Origin: Mustelus asterias
Lineage: Eukaryota
Length of the DNA stretch: 44,769 nucleotides
Direction of reading: 5' to 3'
NCBI RefSeq assembly: GCF_964213995.1
Contig: NW_027590623.1
Span: 186,001-230,769, forward strand
A program made the translations under genes and the position numbers. Numbering within the stretch: the stretch's first letter is position 1; each line of letters starts with the position of its first letter. The notes under the pieces are model-generated. The model did no database searches. It was not told the DNA's origin and saw only the letters and a program-made list of their open reading frames with translations. Of this stretch, positions 1 to 11,509 are shown piece by piece.

Positions 1-287
1 AACATTTTGGTCCGTGGAAAAGTGCAGTGTGTAAAAAGCTGAAGATGTTTCCATTTCACATCTTCCTGCTTTGGGGAAATGGGAGTTATCTTTGCATTTA
101 CAAGGATATGGGGAGGGAGGTGTTTGAATGGACATTCAGCTTTTTGGGTGATTAAAGTGTTAATTTGTTTCCAGAAGCTGTTTACAGTGATTGTCCCGAG
201 AGATTGTATTGTTTCAGTGATGTCGACGTCTCCAATACTTCAGACAGAGGAAGGAAACAATATACAAAAGGAAAGATTGGGGGAATC

Positions 288-492
288 ACTACATTGAAGG
301 TGTGAGGCCTCATCACTCTCTGTCTGGTTTTGTTCTGAAATCTTTACATTTTTAAACACTGAAATCTCTTGCCCTTGTTGGGAATATCACTGCGGTTTGA
401 GAAAAGCAAACACTGATCCCACACTAAACACCCCCCCCAACACAGGACTGAGCAGAGAGTGTGAAATGTGACTGGTGTCAGAGTGGATTGTC
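288..492 (+). repeat. ~205-bp local duplication (second copy 1767-1971)
   Basis: ACTACATTGAAGGTGTGAGGCCTCATCAC...GTGGATTGTC is present at both sites. Confidence 0.9.
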
Positions 493-1119
493 AAACTGAC
501 AGAAGGGATTTGAAAAATCTCTAAATGATTCATTGATTAAAAACTCTAACATTAATGTCCCGCATCATAAACATCTGCTTCATTATTGTATCTTTCTTTT
601 ACAGATCAAGTGATGGGTTGAATTTTGGACGGTGTAGATTTCCCTCAGCTGATTATTAAGATTCCTGATTGACACAAATACAATATCTGCTGTCGGTGAC
701 TCCAACAGTGAAATTCTCTCAGTTTATCATTCTGAATCTGTCACTGAGACAATTGTGGGCGGTAGTTCAGTTTTCAGTGTGAAATGTAGAAGGTAACTTT
801 TGTTGTAATGTAATTGTAGTTAATAGTTTTCCTGTAGTTTAAATCTCAGGTATAAATTAATAACTTTTCTCGTTCCTTGTTCACAATTGTTCATTTCCCG
901 TGATGTTGAGCTCTGGTTTTCTCTTTCTGGTGTCTGGTACAGCTGTACAGATATTGGGCAGCTCAGAGCGGGGCGGGGGGGGGGGGGGGGGTTCTGATCT
1001 CATTGTGAAGCTCAAAGGTCAGATTCACTTTTGTTAACTTTAAAATCAATTTTCCTGTCAAATATTCTCTGAATTTGTAAATAAATATTGAATGGAAAAT
1101 AAAATCTGACTTTGCCAAA

Positions 1120-1697
1120 CTCTCTTTCTGTATTTCTCTGTTGGTGTGTTTATGTGTGTGTCTCTCTGTCTCTATCTCTCTGTGTATCTGTGCGTCTCTC
1201 TGTGTATCTGTGCGTCTCTCTGTGTCTCTATCTCTCTGTGTATCTGTGTGTCTCTCTGTTTCTATCTCACTGTGTATCTGTGTGTCTCTCTGTCTCTATC
1301 TCTCTGTGTATCTGTGTGTCTCTCTGTGTCTCTATCTCTCTGTGTGTCTGTGTGTCTCTCTGTTTCTATCTCTCTGTGTATCTGTGTGTCTCTCTGTGTC
1401 TCTATCTCTCTGTGTCTCTATCTCTCTGTGTATCTGTCTCTGTATTTCTCTGTATCTGTGTCTCTCTCTGTATATTTGTATATTTCACTCTGTCTCTGTG
1501 TTTGTGTCTCTCTCTTTTCTTCTCTCTGTCTCTATTTCTCTGTATCTGTGTGTCTCTCTGTCTCTGTACTTCTCTGGATCTGTGTCTCTCTCTCTGCCTC
1601 TGTGTGTATATCTCTCTATGTATCTGTGTGTGTCTCTCTGTCTCTGCATTTCTCTGTATCTGTCTCTGTCTCTGTGTTTCTCTGTCTCTGTGTGTCT
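1120..1697. repeat. Compound (TC/TG/TA) microsatellite
   Basis: Imperfect TCTCTGTGTATCTGTGTG tracts; source of the spurious S/L/C/V-rich ORFs. Confidence 0.95.
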
Positions 1698-2039
1698 CGA
1701 TGCTAAGGGCCTAGTATTTCAGGCTCTGACCTGAACCCACAATCTCTCTGACTCTGAGCAAAGATTACTACATTGAAGGTGTGAGGCCTCATCACTTTCT
1801 GTCTGGTTTAGTTTTGTAATCTTTACATGTTTAAACACTGAAACCTCGTGCCCTTGTTGGGAATATCACTGCGGTTTGAGAAAAGCAAACACTGATCCCG
1901 CACTAAGCACCCCCCCCAACACAGGACTGAGCAGAGTGTGTGAAATGTGACTGGTGCGAATGTGGATTGTCTTTTAAAAGTGGGTAAGAAACACTTCATT
2001 TTCAAATCTTTACCCTGCTTCTGTAGCGTCTCAGATTCC

Positions 2040-2200
2040 ACCTAATCTGCACATCTTTGGACTGTGGAAGGAAACCGGGGCACCCGGAGGGAACCCACGC
2101 AGACACAGGGAGAATGTGCATACTCAACTCCCAACGGAGAATTGAACCCGGCTTCCTGGTGCTGTGAGGCAGCAGTGCTAAACACTGTCCACCATGTAGC
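2040..2200 (-). mobile_element. HE1-type SINE, partial
   Basis: Reverse of GCACTGCTGCCTCACAGC...GTCTGCGTGGGTT(T)CCTCCGGGTGC; boundaries approximate. Confidence 0.8.
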
Positions 2201-2202
2201 CC

Positions 2203-2372
2203 TATCCCATGTATTGGGACACGGTGAAAAGGTTTGTTTCTTGCACGCTACACAGACAAAACATACCGTTCATAGAGTCCATTCGGGAGAAGGAGAGGAG
2301 AGGGTGCAGAATACAGTGTTGCAGTTACCGATAGGGTATAGAGAAAGATCAGCTTAATGTATGGTAGGTCCA
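2203..2372 (-). mobile_element. 3' tail of a Rex1/Babar-type LINE
   Basis: Reverse-complement homolog of 5445-5580 joined to 5921-5955. Confidence 0.7.
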
Positions 2373-2734
2373 CTCAAAAATTAACATTCTGACCAAACAC
2401 TAAAGCTTTCCACAAAACAAGGCTCACAAATTCAACACCACTTTCCTTTGTCCAGTCTCCCATCATGCTGTGCGCGGAGGCTCTGATCGATGCTAAGGGC
2501 CTAGTATTTGAGGCTCTGAGCTGAACCCACAATCTGTCTGATTCTGAGGGAAGATTACTGCCACTCAGATACAGCTGGCTGCAATATCCCCTTGAAATAT
2601 ATCTGCTGTGTACAGAGCCACATGTTTTTTTTCCCTGTGTCTGCTGTCCTCAAAGAACTATTGAATAATCTAAACATCCGCATTAATGATCACAGAACAA
2701 GGCCAACATGGGGGAATCGAGTATCAGGTTTAAA

Positions 2735-3030
2735 AGTTTATTTATTAGTGTCACAAGTAGGGTTACATTAACACTGCAATGAAGTTACTGTGGAAAATCC
2801 GTAGTTGCCATGCTCTGGCGCCTGTTTGGGCAACTTGGGGAGAATTTAGCATGGCTGATACACCTAACCAGCGCGTCTTTCGAACTGTGGGAGGAAACCG
2901 CAGCACCCGGTGGAAACCCACGCAGACACGGGGAGAATGTACAAACTCCACACTGACAGTGACCCAAGCCAGGAATCAAACCCGGGTCCCTGGCGCTGTG
3001 AGGCAGCAGTGTTAACCACTGTGCTGCCCC
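2735..3030 (-). mobile_element. HE1-type SINE
   Basis: tRNA-like head and conserved body; tail ...AACTTCATTGCAGTGTTAATGTAA...TAATAAATAAAC. Confidence 0.85.
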
Positions 3031-3142
3031 TCATCGAAACATTGTGCAGTTGTGGAATGCACAGGATAGGAGGGATGTGATAGCACTGGAAAAGGTGCAG
3101 AGGAGATTCACCAGGATGTTGCCTGGCCTGGAGAGTTTTAGT

Positions 3143-3437
3143 TCATAGAATCATAGAATCCCTACAGTCCAGAATGAGGCCATTCGACCCATCAAATCTG
3201 CACGGACTCTTACCCAGGCTTACCCCGTAACCCCACGTATTTTCCCGCTAATCCCCCTAACCTATACATCGTGGGACCCTCAGGGCAATTTTGCATGGAC
3301 AATGCACCCGGAGGAAACCCACGCAGACACGGGGAGAATGTGCAAACTCCACACAGACAGTAACCCGAGGCCGGAATTGAACCCGGGTCCCTGGCGCTGT
3401 GAGGCAGCAGTGCTAACCACTGTGCTACCGTGCCGCC
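3143..3437 (-). mobile_element. HE1-type SINE
   Basis: Head GGCGGCACGGTAGCACAGTGGTTAGCACTGCTGCCTCACAGCGCCAGGGACCCGGGTTCAATTCC; GATTCTATGATTCTATG tail. Confidence 0.88.
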
Positions 3438-3604
3438 ACTCGAACTGAAGAGAGATTTTATAGACTGAGGGTGTGATCTTACCACCTGTTGACGCCACAC
3501 TCCCGCTCAGCGAGGTCGGAGAATCTGGTGACCAGCCAAATCTCCTTTCACTGCAGTGGGATGGGAAAATCCTGCCGGCCTGAACAGTGATAAGATTCCA
3601 CCCT

Positions 3605-3980
3605 GGGGTTGTTTTCCGTGGAGCAGAGGAGGCTGAGGGGGAACATGATGGAGATGGATAAGATTATGAGGGACATCGATAGAGTAGACGGGAAGAAAGC
3701 TTTCCCCTTGGTGGTGGGATCAATGACCAGGGGGTATAGATTTAGGGTAAGGGGCAGGAGGTTTACAGGGGATGTGAGGAAAACCTTTTTCACCCAGAGG
3801 GTGGTGGGAGTCTGGAACTCTCTGCCTGAAAGGGTGGTGGAGGCAGAGACCCTCAGAACGTTTAAGAAGTGCTTAGCTATGCATTTGCAATGCCAAGGCT
3901 TACCAGGCCGTGAGCCAAGTTGGGTGATTTGTCTTTGACCGGCACAGATGCAATGGGCCGAAGGGCCTTTTCTGTTCTCT
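3605..3980 (+). mobile_element. CR1-type LINE 3' fragment (continues from 3035-3142)
   Basis: FSVEQRRLRG...RGYRFRVRGRRF...FFTQRVVGVWNSLPERVVEA is a typical CR1 ORF2 C-terminus. Confidence 0.88.
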
Positions 3981-4639
3981 AGACCTCCATTGCTAAAACA
4001 CAACCTCACTGACCCAGCTTCTGGTCATCCATCCAAATCTCTCCCTCCGCAGCTCGGGGACAAATCCTGCCGCGCAATCTTCCTTTGAAGTGGCTTTGGA
4101 CATTTCATTCTCCGTGAGGACTTGTCCGGATAGTGGCTGCTGTTGTTGTGGTTGTCTCAGTGTCAGCTCAGCAACATGGACAACATGTTAGAAATGGCCG
4201 TCTCCCAGTGAGTGTGAGGACAGGGCAGGCTTTGAGCAAGGCCTGGGCCGCTCCCTGAAGGACACAGGGCCACCATTGTGCTTTTTGCTGACAAACAGAA
4301 AGCTTTCACCCCTCTCTCTCTCTCTCTCTCTCTCGTGTCTCATCTCACTCACATTCTGCCTCTTCCATTCACTCTGTGCTGCTTTCTGGAGGAGGCTGCC
4401 AGCTTTATCCGCCACAGAGCATCTGCCAACAAGAACATCAGATGAAACCTTCCATTCCCCAAGTCCCTCTTTCCTCTCTGCTCCTCCCTGGGATGGGAAG
4501 CTGATGGGAAAAGATTTGCAGGGCTCCAGGGACAAGGTGGAGCAGTGGGACTGGCTCGATTGCTCTAGCAGAGAGTCGACACCAGCTGAATGGGCTGAAT
4601 GGCCTCCTTCATTCTGTGGCTATTCTATGGTTGACACAC

Positions 4640-4960
4640 AATAGATAGTCAATATCTTTTCCCAAAGGTAGGGGAGTCTAAAACTCGAGGGCATGGGTTT
4701 AAGGTGAGAGGGGAGAGATACAAAAGTGTCCAGAGGGGCAATCTTTTCACACAGAGAGCGATGAGCGTCTGCAACAAGCTGCCAGAGGTAGTAGTAGAGA
4801 TGGACACAATTTTATCTTTTAAAAAGCATTTAGACAGTTACATGGGTAAGATAGATGTAGAGGGATATGGGCCAAATGTGGGGAATTGGGACCAGCTTAG
4901 GGGTTAAAAGAAAAAGGGCAGCATGACAAGTTGGGCCAAAGGGCCTGTTTCCATGCTGTA
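4640..4960 (+). mobile_element. CR1-type LINE 3' fragment
   Basis: RGERYKSVQRGNLFTQRAMSVCNKLPEVVVE...FKKHLDSYM, followed by a GGGCCAAAGGGCCTGTTTCC tail. Confidence 0.82.
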
Positions 4961-4997
4961 AACATCTGTGACACTATGACAACTTGTCATTTGGGTC

Positions 4998-5978
4998 TCA
5001 ACTTCAAGTTTGTAGGTGTCCAGATCACCAACAACCTGTCCTGGTCCCCCCATGCCGACACTATAATTGAGAAAGCCCACCAACACGTCTACTTTCTCAG
5101 GAGGCTGAGGAAATTTGGCATGTCAGCTACGACTCTCACCAACTTCTACAGATGCACCATAGAAAGCATCCTTTCTGTATCACGGCTTGGTCTGGTTTCT
5201 GCTCTGTCCAAGACTGCAAGAAATTACAAAAGGTCGTGAATGTAGCCCCGTCCATCACGCAGACTAGCCTCCCATTCATTGACTCTGTCTACACTTCCCG
5301 CGGCCTTAGAAAAGCAGCCAGCATAATTAAGGACCTCATGCACACATTCTCTCTTCCACCTTCTTCCGTCAGGAAAAAGATACAAAGTCTGAGATCACGT
5401 ACCAACCGACTCAAGAACTTCCCGGCTGTCCTCAGACTTTTGAATGGACCTGCTACATATTAGATTTATCTTTCTCTACACCCTACCTATGACTGCAACA
5501 CTACATTCTGCACCCTCTCTTTTACTTCTCCCCGATGTACTCTATGAACGGTATGTTTTGTCTGTACAGCATACAAGAAACGGCGGCACGGTAGCACAGT
5601 GGTTAGCACTGCTGCTTCACAGCTCCAGGGTCCCGGGTTCGATTCCTGGCGCGGGTCACTGTCTGTGTGGAGTTTGCACATTCTCCTCGTGTCTGCGTGG
5701 GTTTCCTCCGGGTGCTCCGGTTTCCTCCCACAGTCCAAAGATGTGCGAGTTTGGTTGATTGGCCAGGTTAAAAAATTGCCCCTTAGAGTCCTGAGATGCG
5801 TAGGTTAGAGGGATTAGCAAGTAAATATGTGGGGGTAGGGCTTGGGTGGGGCTGTGGTCGGTGCAGACTCGATGGGCCGAATGGCCTCCTTCCGCACTGT
5901 AGGGTTTCTATGATTTCTTTGAAACAATACTTTTCACTGTATCCCAATATATGTGACAATAATAAATCAAATCAAAAT
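4998..5978 (+). mobile_element. Rex1/Babar-type LINE 3' fragment, interrupted by a SINE
   Basis: FKFVGVQITNNLSWS...AHQHVYFLRRLRKFGMSATTLTNFYRCTIESIL; frameshifted; ends in AATAAATCAAATCAAA. Confidence 0.8.
5582..5920 (+). mobile_element. Full-length HE1-type SINE with GAAAC target-site duplication
   Basis: GGCGGCACGGTAGCACAGTGG...TTCTATGATT, flanked by GAAAC at 5577-5581 and 5921-5925. Confidence 0.9.
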
Positions 5979-6194
5979 CCTCCCAATTCTTTCCTCCACG
6001 ATCGGTCGCAGCATTTAAAGAACACGCCCAGGGCCCAGTGCTGAGTCTGAGGGTATCTGACTGCAGTAAGGTGAGTGATACAGGAGGGTCTCACTGTCTG
6101 AGGGAGGTGAGTCTTAGCCTGGGGTGCGTGAGTGACCCAGGTTAATCTGACACTCCAGGGACAGTTGGAATGGAGCTTTCCCCCGGGCTGTCCC

Positions 6195-6408
6195 CTCCCC
6201 GTGTCTGCGTGGGTTTCCTCCGGGTGCTCCGGTTTCCTCCCACAGTCTGAAAGATGTGCCGGTTAGGGTGCGTTGGCCGTGCTAAATTCCCCCTCAGTGT
6301 AACCCGAACAGGCGCCGGAGTGTGGGCGACTAGGGGATTCTCACAGTAACTTCATTGTAGTGTTAATGTAAGCCTACTTCTGACACTAATAAATAAACTG
6401 AAACTGAA
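6195..6408 (+). mobile_element. HE1-type SINE, 5'-truncated
   Basis: CCCCGTGTCTGCGTGGGTTTCCTCCGGGTGCTCCGG... to TAATAAATAAACTGAAAC. Confidence 0.85.
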
Positions 6409-6477
6409 GGTCAAGGTGCTGCTGTGACAATGCACTCTTGTTTAAACACTCTGCAATGCTGAGACTGGGAGAAGTGA

Positions 6478-6492
6478 CCACCAGGGGGCAGC
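6478..6492 (+). promoter_or_regulatory. CTCF-binding motif
   Basis: CCACCAGGGGGCAGC, essentially the CTCF core consensus. Confidence 0.65.
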
Positions 6493-6599
6493 ATTGCAGC
6501 TTCTGTCCCCCTATTGAAACTGGGATTGTTGCTCCATCTGCTGCACAATCCCAACCCCATCCACTGGGGGCAATCTGGACAATGGCTGCAGACAGACCT

Positions 6600-6920
6600 C
6601 ACTGCGCGTGCGCCGCAATGACACCCACCGCCGGCGGCCATCTTGCGTTGCCAAGGGAGACGGCCAGCGGCCCTATTCCGTTGCCAAGGGAGACGGCGGC
6701 GGCGACCATCTTGCGTTGCCAGGGGAGACGGCATCAATGCGGCGGCGTCCCCGCGCGCTGACCTCTGGGAGCATTCCCGTCCCGCACATGCGCACAGGCC
6801 GCCCCGCCCCCTCGGCTGACCCCCCCCTGTTGTCCCGCCAACGAGCATGGGCCGGAGTGGGCAAGAGGTGACACTGGGAGGAGCAGCCCCCCGGGGAGCG
6901 TTACAGCGACGCCTGGTGGC
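6600..6920. promoter_or_regulatory. CpG-island-like promoter with triplicated X-box (RFX-like), YY1, NRF1 and GC-box motifs
   Basis: CpG-dense; GTTGCCA(A/G)GGGAGAC at 6647, 6680 and 6715; CGGCCATCTT at 6635-6644; TGCGCGTGCGC at 6603 and GCACATGCGCA at 6784; CCGCCCCGCCCC at 6799. Confidence 0.6.
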
Positions 6921-7931
6921 CAGGAAGGGCAATAGCAGCAGCACAGTCTCTGCCCAAAGGCTTCCCCAGTTCAGCTGCTCAGAGACACTGGGAATGTCTT
7001 CAAGTGGAAACTTCAGCTTCTCACATTCACCCCCTGTGTTCAGTCATTGTTTCCTAGACAAAGTAGTGAAGAACATTGGGAGAACATGCTTCCAGCTTAA
7101 GAATTCCACAAAATCAGCAGAATTGTAAAATTATGTCAACTCTTGTACTCTGATGTGAAGAAGTAATTTTATATCATGGGCAGTCCTCATTTATTGGGAG
7201 ACTAAGAGGCGTTACCCAATGACAGGATTGGCTTGTTGCTCAGTGTTGTCAAGAATTGGCCACCGAACAACATTGGTTGTAGCCCAATAACTTTACCTGC
7301 CCCTGCCTGTCTTTCTCTGCGCCTCTGGGTCTCTGTTCACCTCGGTGTCCATCTTGCACTCTCAATATTTTGGCGGCTAATGTCTGTCTCCTCTCTCTGT
7401 GTCTCAAAGCCCCTCTCTCCCTCAACCGTTTTCCAGCAACGTGCAGAATTTAGAACATGCAATTTCTCCCAGTCTCCTATTTCAATAAATTCCCCAAGCC
7501 CCATGAGGGGACAGCTGATATGTTAGCCAAAATATCATCATGACAACTCTGAGGAAAGTTTAAACTTGAAGCAGGTGCACTGAAATCCGACAATCTGTCA
7601 GATAAATGTGAGGTTGGAGTCAAATTTACAACCTTTCGATGTGTGGAGAGAACTTTATTGAGAGTTCGAATCTTAGCAGCATTGCTGTGGTTTCAAATGT
7701 TGTAACACGAATATAGTTTAACAGAAAGGCCTGGAACACTCAAAACAGATAAAGCAATTAATTGATGAGGATTTAGACTGAAGTTCGTATTAGTTCCGTG
7801 CATGGGTCCACCTGAATTTAAGTATATTATAACAAGAATCATGAGAACAAGAAAAAATACAGCAGCAAAATCCTGCAACAAGATCCTTCAGTAATCTGAG
7901 AATTCACTGATCTCCCATTTACCTCACATCA

Positions 7932-7945
7932 CCACCAGAGGGCGA
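7932..7945 (+). promoter_or_regulatory. CTCF-binding motif
   Basis: CCACCAGAGGGCGA, a close match to the CTCF core consensus. Confidence 0.6.
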
Positions 7946-8065
7946 TCCCTCACCGTGTTTTTGTGTTCACTGTTTCAGGAGCGGGTTCCATAACACATGG
8001 ATATGTTGGGGAGCCACAATCCAAGAGAACAGGATGAATTATTCAATTACCCGGTTAAAGGATAG

Positions 8066-8241
8066 AGAGCAGTAATGCAGGAGAACTCTGCTTCAATTGT
8101 TGGAATACACAATGATATGTTACAGAGCAGTAATCCAGGAGAATTGGATTCATTGTTAGATTACACAGTGATATGTCACAGAGCAGTAATCAAGGAGAAC
8201 TGCATTAATTGTTAGAATACACTGTAATATTTACAGAGCAG
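8066..8241. repeat. Diverged ~56-bp minisatellite, 3+ units
   Basis: AGAGCAG recurs at 8066, 8124, 8180 and 8235; the first three continue TAAT..AGGAGAA. Confidence 0.85.
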
Positions 8242-8243
8242 AT

Positions 8244-8875
8244 ATGGATGCTAAATTTGCAGACAACACAAAGATAGGTAGGACGATAAATGATGAAGTG
8301 CGTGTGAAGATACGAAAAAGAAACATAAATAGGTTAAGTGAATTGGCAAAGCTCCGCCAAATTGAGTATAATGTGGTCAAATGTGAAAATGCCCCTATTG
8401 GCAGGATGAATATAAAATACACTTAATATTTAAACGGTGAAAGATTACAAAATTCTGAGGTACAGAGAGATTGGGCTGTCCTAGGGCACGAATCGAAAGG
8501 GGCTAAGGTACAGGTATAGTAATTAATTAAAAACGTCATAAAATATGATCATTCACTACGAGGGGATCTATTATAAAATAGGAAGGGTATGTTTCCGTTG
8601 TACGGGGCATTGGTGAGACCACCACCTGGAGTATTGCGGACAATACGTATCTCCTTATCTAAAGAAAGATGGTAATGCGTTAAAAAACGTTCAGAGAAGG
8701 TTTGCTGTAATAGTATCCAGGTACGTGCGGGTTATCTGTATCCGCGGTAAGAATATTGATGTTGGGTTTGTATCCACTTGAGTTTCGAAGACTCAGAGAT
8801 AACTTCATTGAAACCTTTGAAACCATAAGGGGTATTAACGGTGTGGATGTGGAGCGGCTATTCCCTCGTGTCCGT
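8244..8875 (+). mobile_element. Old degenerate CR1-type LINE fragment
   Basis: AKFADNTKIG (RT FADD-like), ...LGLYPLEFRRLRDNFIETF..., with several stops and frameshifts. Confidence 0.8.
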
Positions 8876-9029
8876 GTTGTAGCTGTACTGGGTATTTCTG
8901 GGTCTTTATATTTCTCGGCGTGTGTATATCTGGGCTCTTGTTTCTGCGTCTGTTCCCAATGCGGTTGTAATGTCCACGGGAGGGCGCTCTCTGATCACTG
9001 ACCGAACATCACAGTTGCCTTCTGCAGAG

Positions 9030-9187
9030 AGTGACTATTTGCAGATATAAAAATGGGTGGGGAAATAAACCCCAGCCAATCGCACCACACCTTGTTGACT
9101 CTTTCAACTTCTCACATTCCAGGTCCGGTACAGAGAGAGATCATTGTTTCCGTTTCTGGAGCTCAGACTGGAACGCTGGGGGTGAAA
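9030..9187 (+). promoter_or_regulatory. Putative V1 proximal promoter
   Basis: TATAAAAA at 9046-9053 and AGCCAATCGCA (CCAAT box) at 9074-9084, upstream of the leader ATG. Confidence 0.5.
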
Positions 9188-9658
9188 ATGTTCCTGATTC
9201 TAGTTATTGCACTGATCCCAGGTCAGTGATTCTGGTCACAGATTGTAAAGTATATCGCAAACCTTGTGCAATTTCCCTTTCCCAGCGCTGTGTGACTATC
9301 GTCTTCCTCTGACTCCTAACCCGCTGTGCGTCCGCTGTTTATTTTCAGAGATGAGCAATGGAGACTCAGTGTTCCAGTCAGAACCAGGAGTTGAAGCAGC
9401 AGAGGGTGAAGATTCAGCAATACCCTGCAGTTACTCTGTGCCGAGTTCAGCTCTACAACATGACCTGTTCTGGTATCGCCAGTATCCACACCGAGCTCCT
9501 CAGTATCTGCTCAGAGCCGATAGTTATGGGTTTACCGATACGGCTCCCGGCTTTGGACACTTCAGCGGGAATCTCAACCAGACACAAAGCACTTTTCACT
9601 TGTCCATGAAAGATTTGAAGATGAGAGACAGCGCCGTGTATTACTGTGCACTGAGACC
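9188..9658 (+). CDS. TRAV: TCR alpha/delta-type V gene segment V1 (leader exon 9188-9221, intron 9222-9348, V exon 9349-9658); apparently functional germline segment
   Basis: Leader MFLILVIALIP+G|GTCAGT; acceptor TTATTTTCAG. Spliced product ...EMSNGDSVFQSEPGVEAAEGEDSAIPCSYS...LFWYRQYPHRAPQYLL...DSAVYYCALRP has the IgSF V-set Cys, WYRQ and YYC hallmarks and is followed directly by a 23-RSS. Alpha vs delta cannot be resolved here. Confidence 0.93.
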
Positions 9659-9697
9659 CACAGTGAGTGAGGCTCCCGCGGGCCTCAGACAAAAAGT
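9659..9697 (+). other. 23-RSS of V1
   Basis: CACAGTG (9659-9665) + 23-bp spacer + ACAAAAAGT (9689-9697). Confidence 0.95.
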
Positions 9698-10084
9698 GAC
9701 GCAGACGTTTCAGGGTCAGAGAAAAAGAGTCGGATCTCAACGAAAATGCGCAGAAAATGAAGGCCACAATACAGCCCCAGCTGAATAATATTCCCCCCAC
9801 TGAGCTCAGCCATTGTCAGTGTTGTGAAATGTCACATTTGCCGTCCTATTATTCCCGGATCAAATCCAACCATTCTCCGACCCCATCCGCACAAAATCTG
9901 CAGATTATCCCGGGTGAATAACTTCCTTAATCTGTACTTAGAAAGATTCTGGATTCGGTGCCTATCTGCCCGGCCACACATTTTAAAAGTGATCTATTGT
10001 CAAATGCAGCCTCAGAATTGGCCCATTTTCAAGTCCGTGGAGCAGAAATAATAACTGCTTGAAATCAGAGCTTTTCTATTTGGG

Positions 10085-10555
10085 GAATAGAGGGGTACAG
10101 TGAAGATTTACCATGCTGATTCCTGGGATGGCAGGTCTGTCATATGACGAGAGATTAAATCCGTTAGGATTATATTCACTGGGGTTTCGAAGAGTGAGGG
10201 GATCTCATAGAAACTTATAAAATTCGAACAGGGTTAGACAGGGTGGATTCAGGAGACTGTTCCCAATGCTGGAATCCAGAACTAGGCGTCATCTTTTGAC
10301 GGTAAGGGATAAACTGAGGTGAAGGGAAATCCCTTCATCCAGAGAGTGTTGAATGCATGGAATTCAGTACCACCGAATGTAGTTGAGGCCAAAACGTTGT
10401 CTGATTTCAAGAAGAAATTTGATATAGCTCTTGGGGCTAAAGGGGTCGAGGGATATGGGCGAGGGGGAAGGGGGATCAGGATATTGAATTCCATGATCAG
10501 CTATGATTACGATGATTGGCGGAGAAGGCTCCTGCTTCTAGTTTCTATGTTATGA
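10085..10555 (+). mobile_element. CR1-type LINE 3' fragment
   Basis: FIQRVLNAWNSVPPNVVEAKTLSDFKKKFDIAL...; TTTCTATG tail. Confidence 0.82.
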
Positions 10556-10649
10556 GTCCGTGAAATATTTCCTGGTGCAGAGTTGAGTGACGACTTATCC
10601 CCGGTACACTTACAGCACTAACTATTGATTATGTTGAGTCATGGCCATT

Positions 10650-10933
10650 AGGATCAACGAGCCTGTCCCGACAACAATCCCACCCAGGCCCTATCCCCGT
10701 AACCCACATATTTAACCTGCTATCCCCTGACACTTAGGCTAATTTTGCGTGGCCAATCCAGCAAACCTGCACAGTTTAGGACTGTGGAAGGAAACTGGAG
10801 CACCTGAGGAAACCCACGCAGACACGGTGAGAAAGTGCAAACTCCACAGAGGCAGTGACCCGAGGCTGGAATCGAACCCGTGTCCCTGGGGCTGTGAGGC
10901 AGCAATGCTAACCACTGCGCCACCGTGTCGCCC
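10650..10933 (-). mobile_element. HE1-type SINE
   Basis: Reverse-strand tRNA-like head GGGCGACACGGTGGCGCAGTGGTTAGC and body. Confidence 0.85.
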
Positions 10934-11182
10934 ATAAATGATTAAATTAGTTTCACTTTTCACCTGAATTAGAAAAAAAGGATCTGCCTTCAGAAAGATT
11001 GATGGACTGAGTTCTGAGGAAAGCGAGTTCACCAGTTAATGAGACAGAATAACTGGTTATGTGGGAGAGAGCAGAGACAGAACAAGGAACTTAGAAATAA
11101 GTTTACGGCCAGGGAAGGAATGTGATTGGAAAGTGCCAGCTATATTAAATCATTAACTAACAGTGATTGCTTCACTGGTTAC

Positions 11183-11506
11183 GGGGCGGCATGATGCCAC
11201 AAGGGTTAGCGCTGCTGTCTCACAGTGTCAGGGACCCGGGTTCAATTCCGGCTTCGGATCACTTTCTGTATGAAGTTTGCATGTTCTCCCCGTGTCTACG
11301 TGGGTCCCCTTCGGCTGCTGCTGATTCCTCCCACAGTCCAAAGATGTGCAGGTTAGGTTGATTGGCCATGCTAAATTGACCCGAGTCTCAGGGGATACGC
11401 AGGGTAAATACACGGAGTTGCGGGAGTGGGGCCTGGGTGGGATTGTGACCGGTACAGACTCGATGGGACGAATGGCCTCCTTCTGCACTGTAGGGATTTT
11501 ATGATT
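11183..11506 (+). mobile_element. HE1-type SINE directly upstream of the V2 promoter
   Basis: GGGCGGCATG...GGGACCCGGGTTCAATTCC...GCACTGTAGGGATTTTATGATT. Confidence 0.85.
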
Positions 11507-11509
11507 CGC

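Noticed and set aside
1112-1734. Cys/Leu/Ser/Val-rich ORFs resembling membrane proteins
   Set aside because: Microsatellite translation, open in all three frames.
5582-5660. tRNA-like sequences at SINE heads
   Set aside because: A/B-box heads of tRNA-derived SINEs continuing into SINE bodies; not tRNA genes.
6045-6135. Cluster of three GTGAGT splice-donor-like sites on +
   Set aside because: No supportable acceptor or ORF could be linked to them.
7951-7994. RSS-like nonamer TGTTTTTGT (7956-7964) and heptamer-like CACCGTG beside the CTCF site
   Set aside because: No heptamer at 12 or 23 bp from the nonamer, and no adjacent V or J coding sequence.
8066-8241. CRISPR-like spaced repeats (also 33179-33460)
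   Set aside because: Vertebrate DNA; the intervening sequences are homologous to each other, so these are minisatellites.
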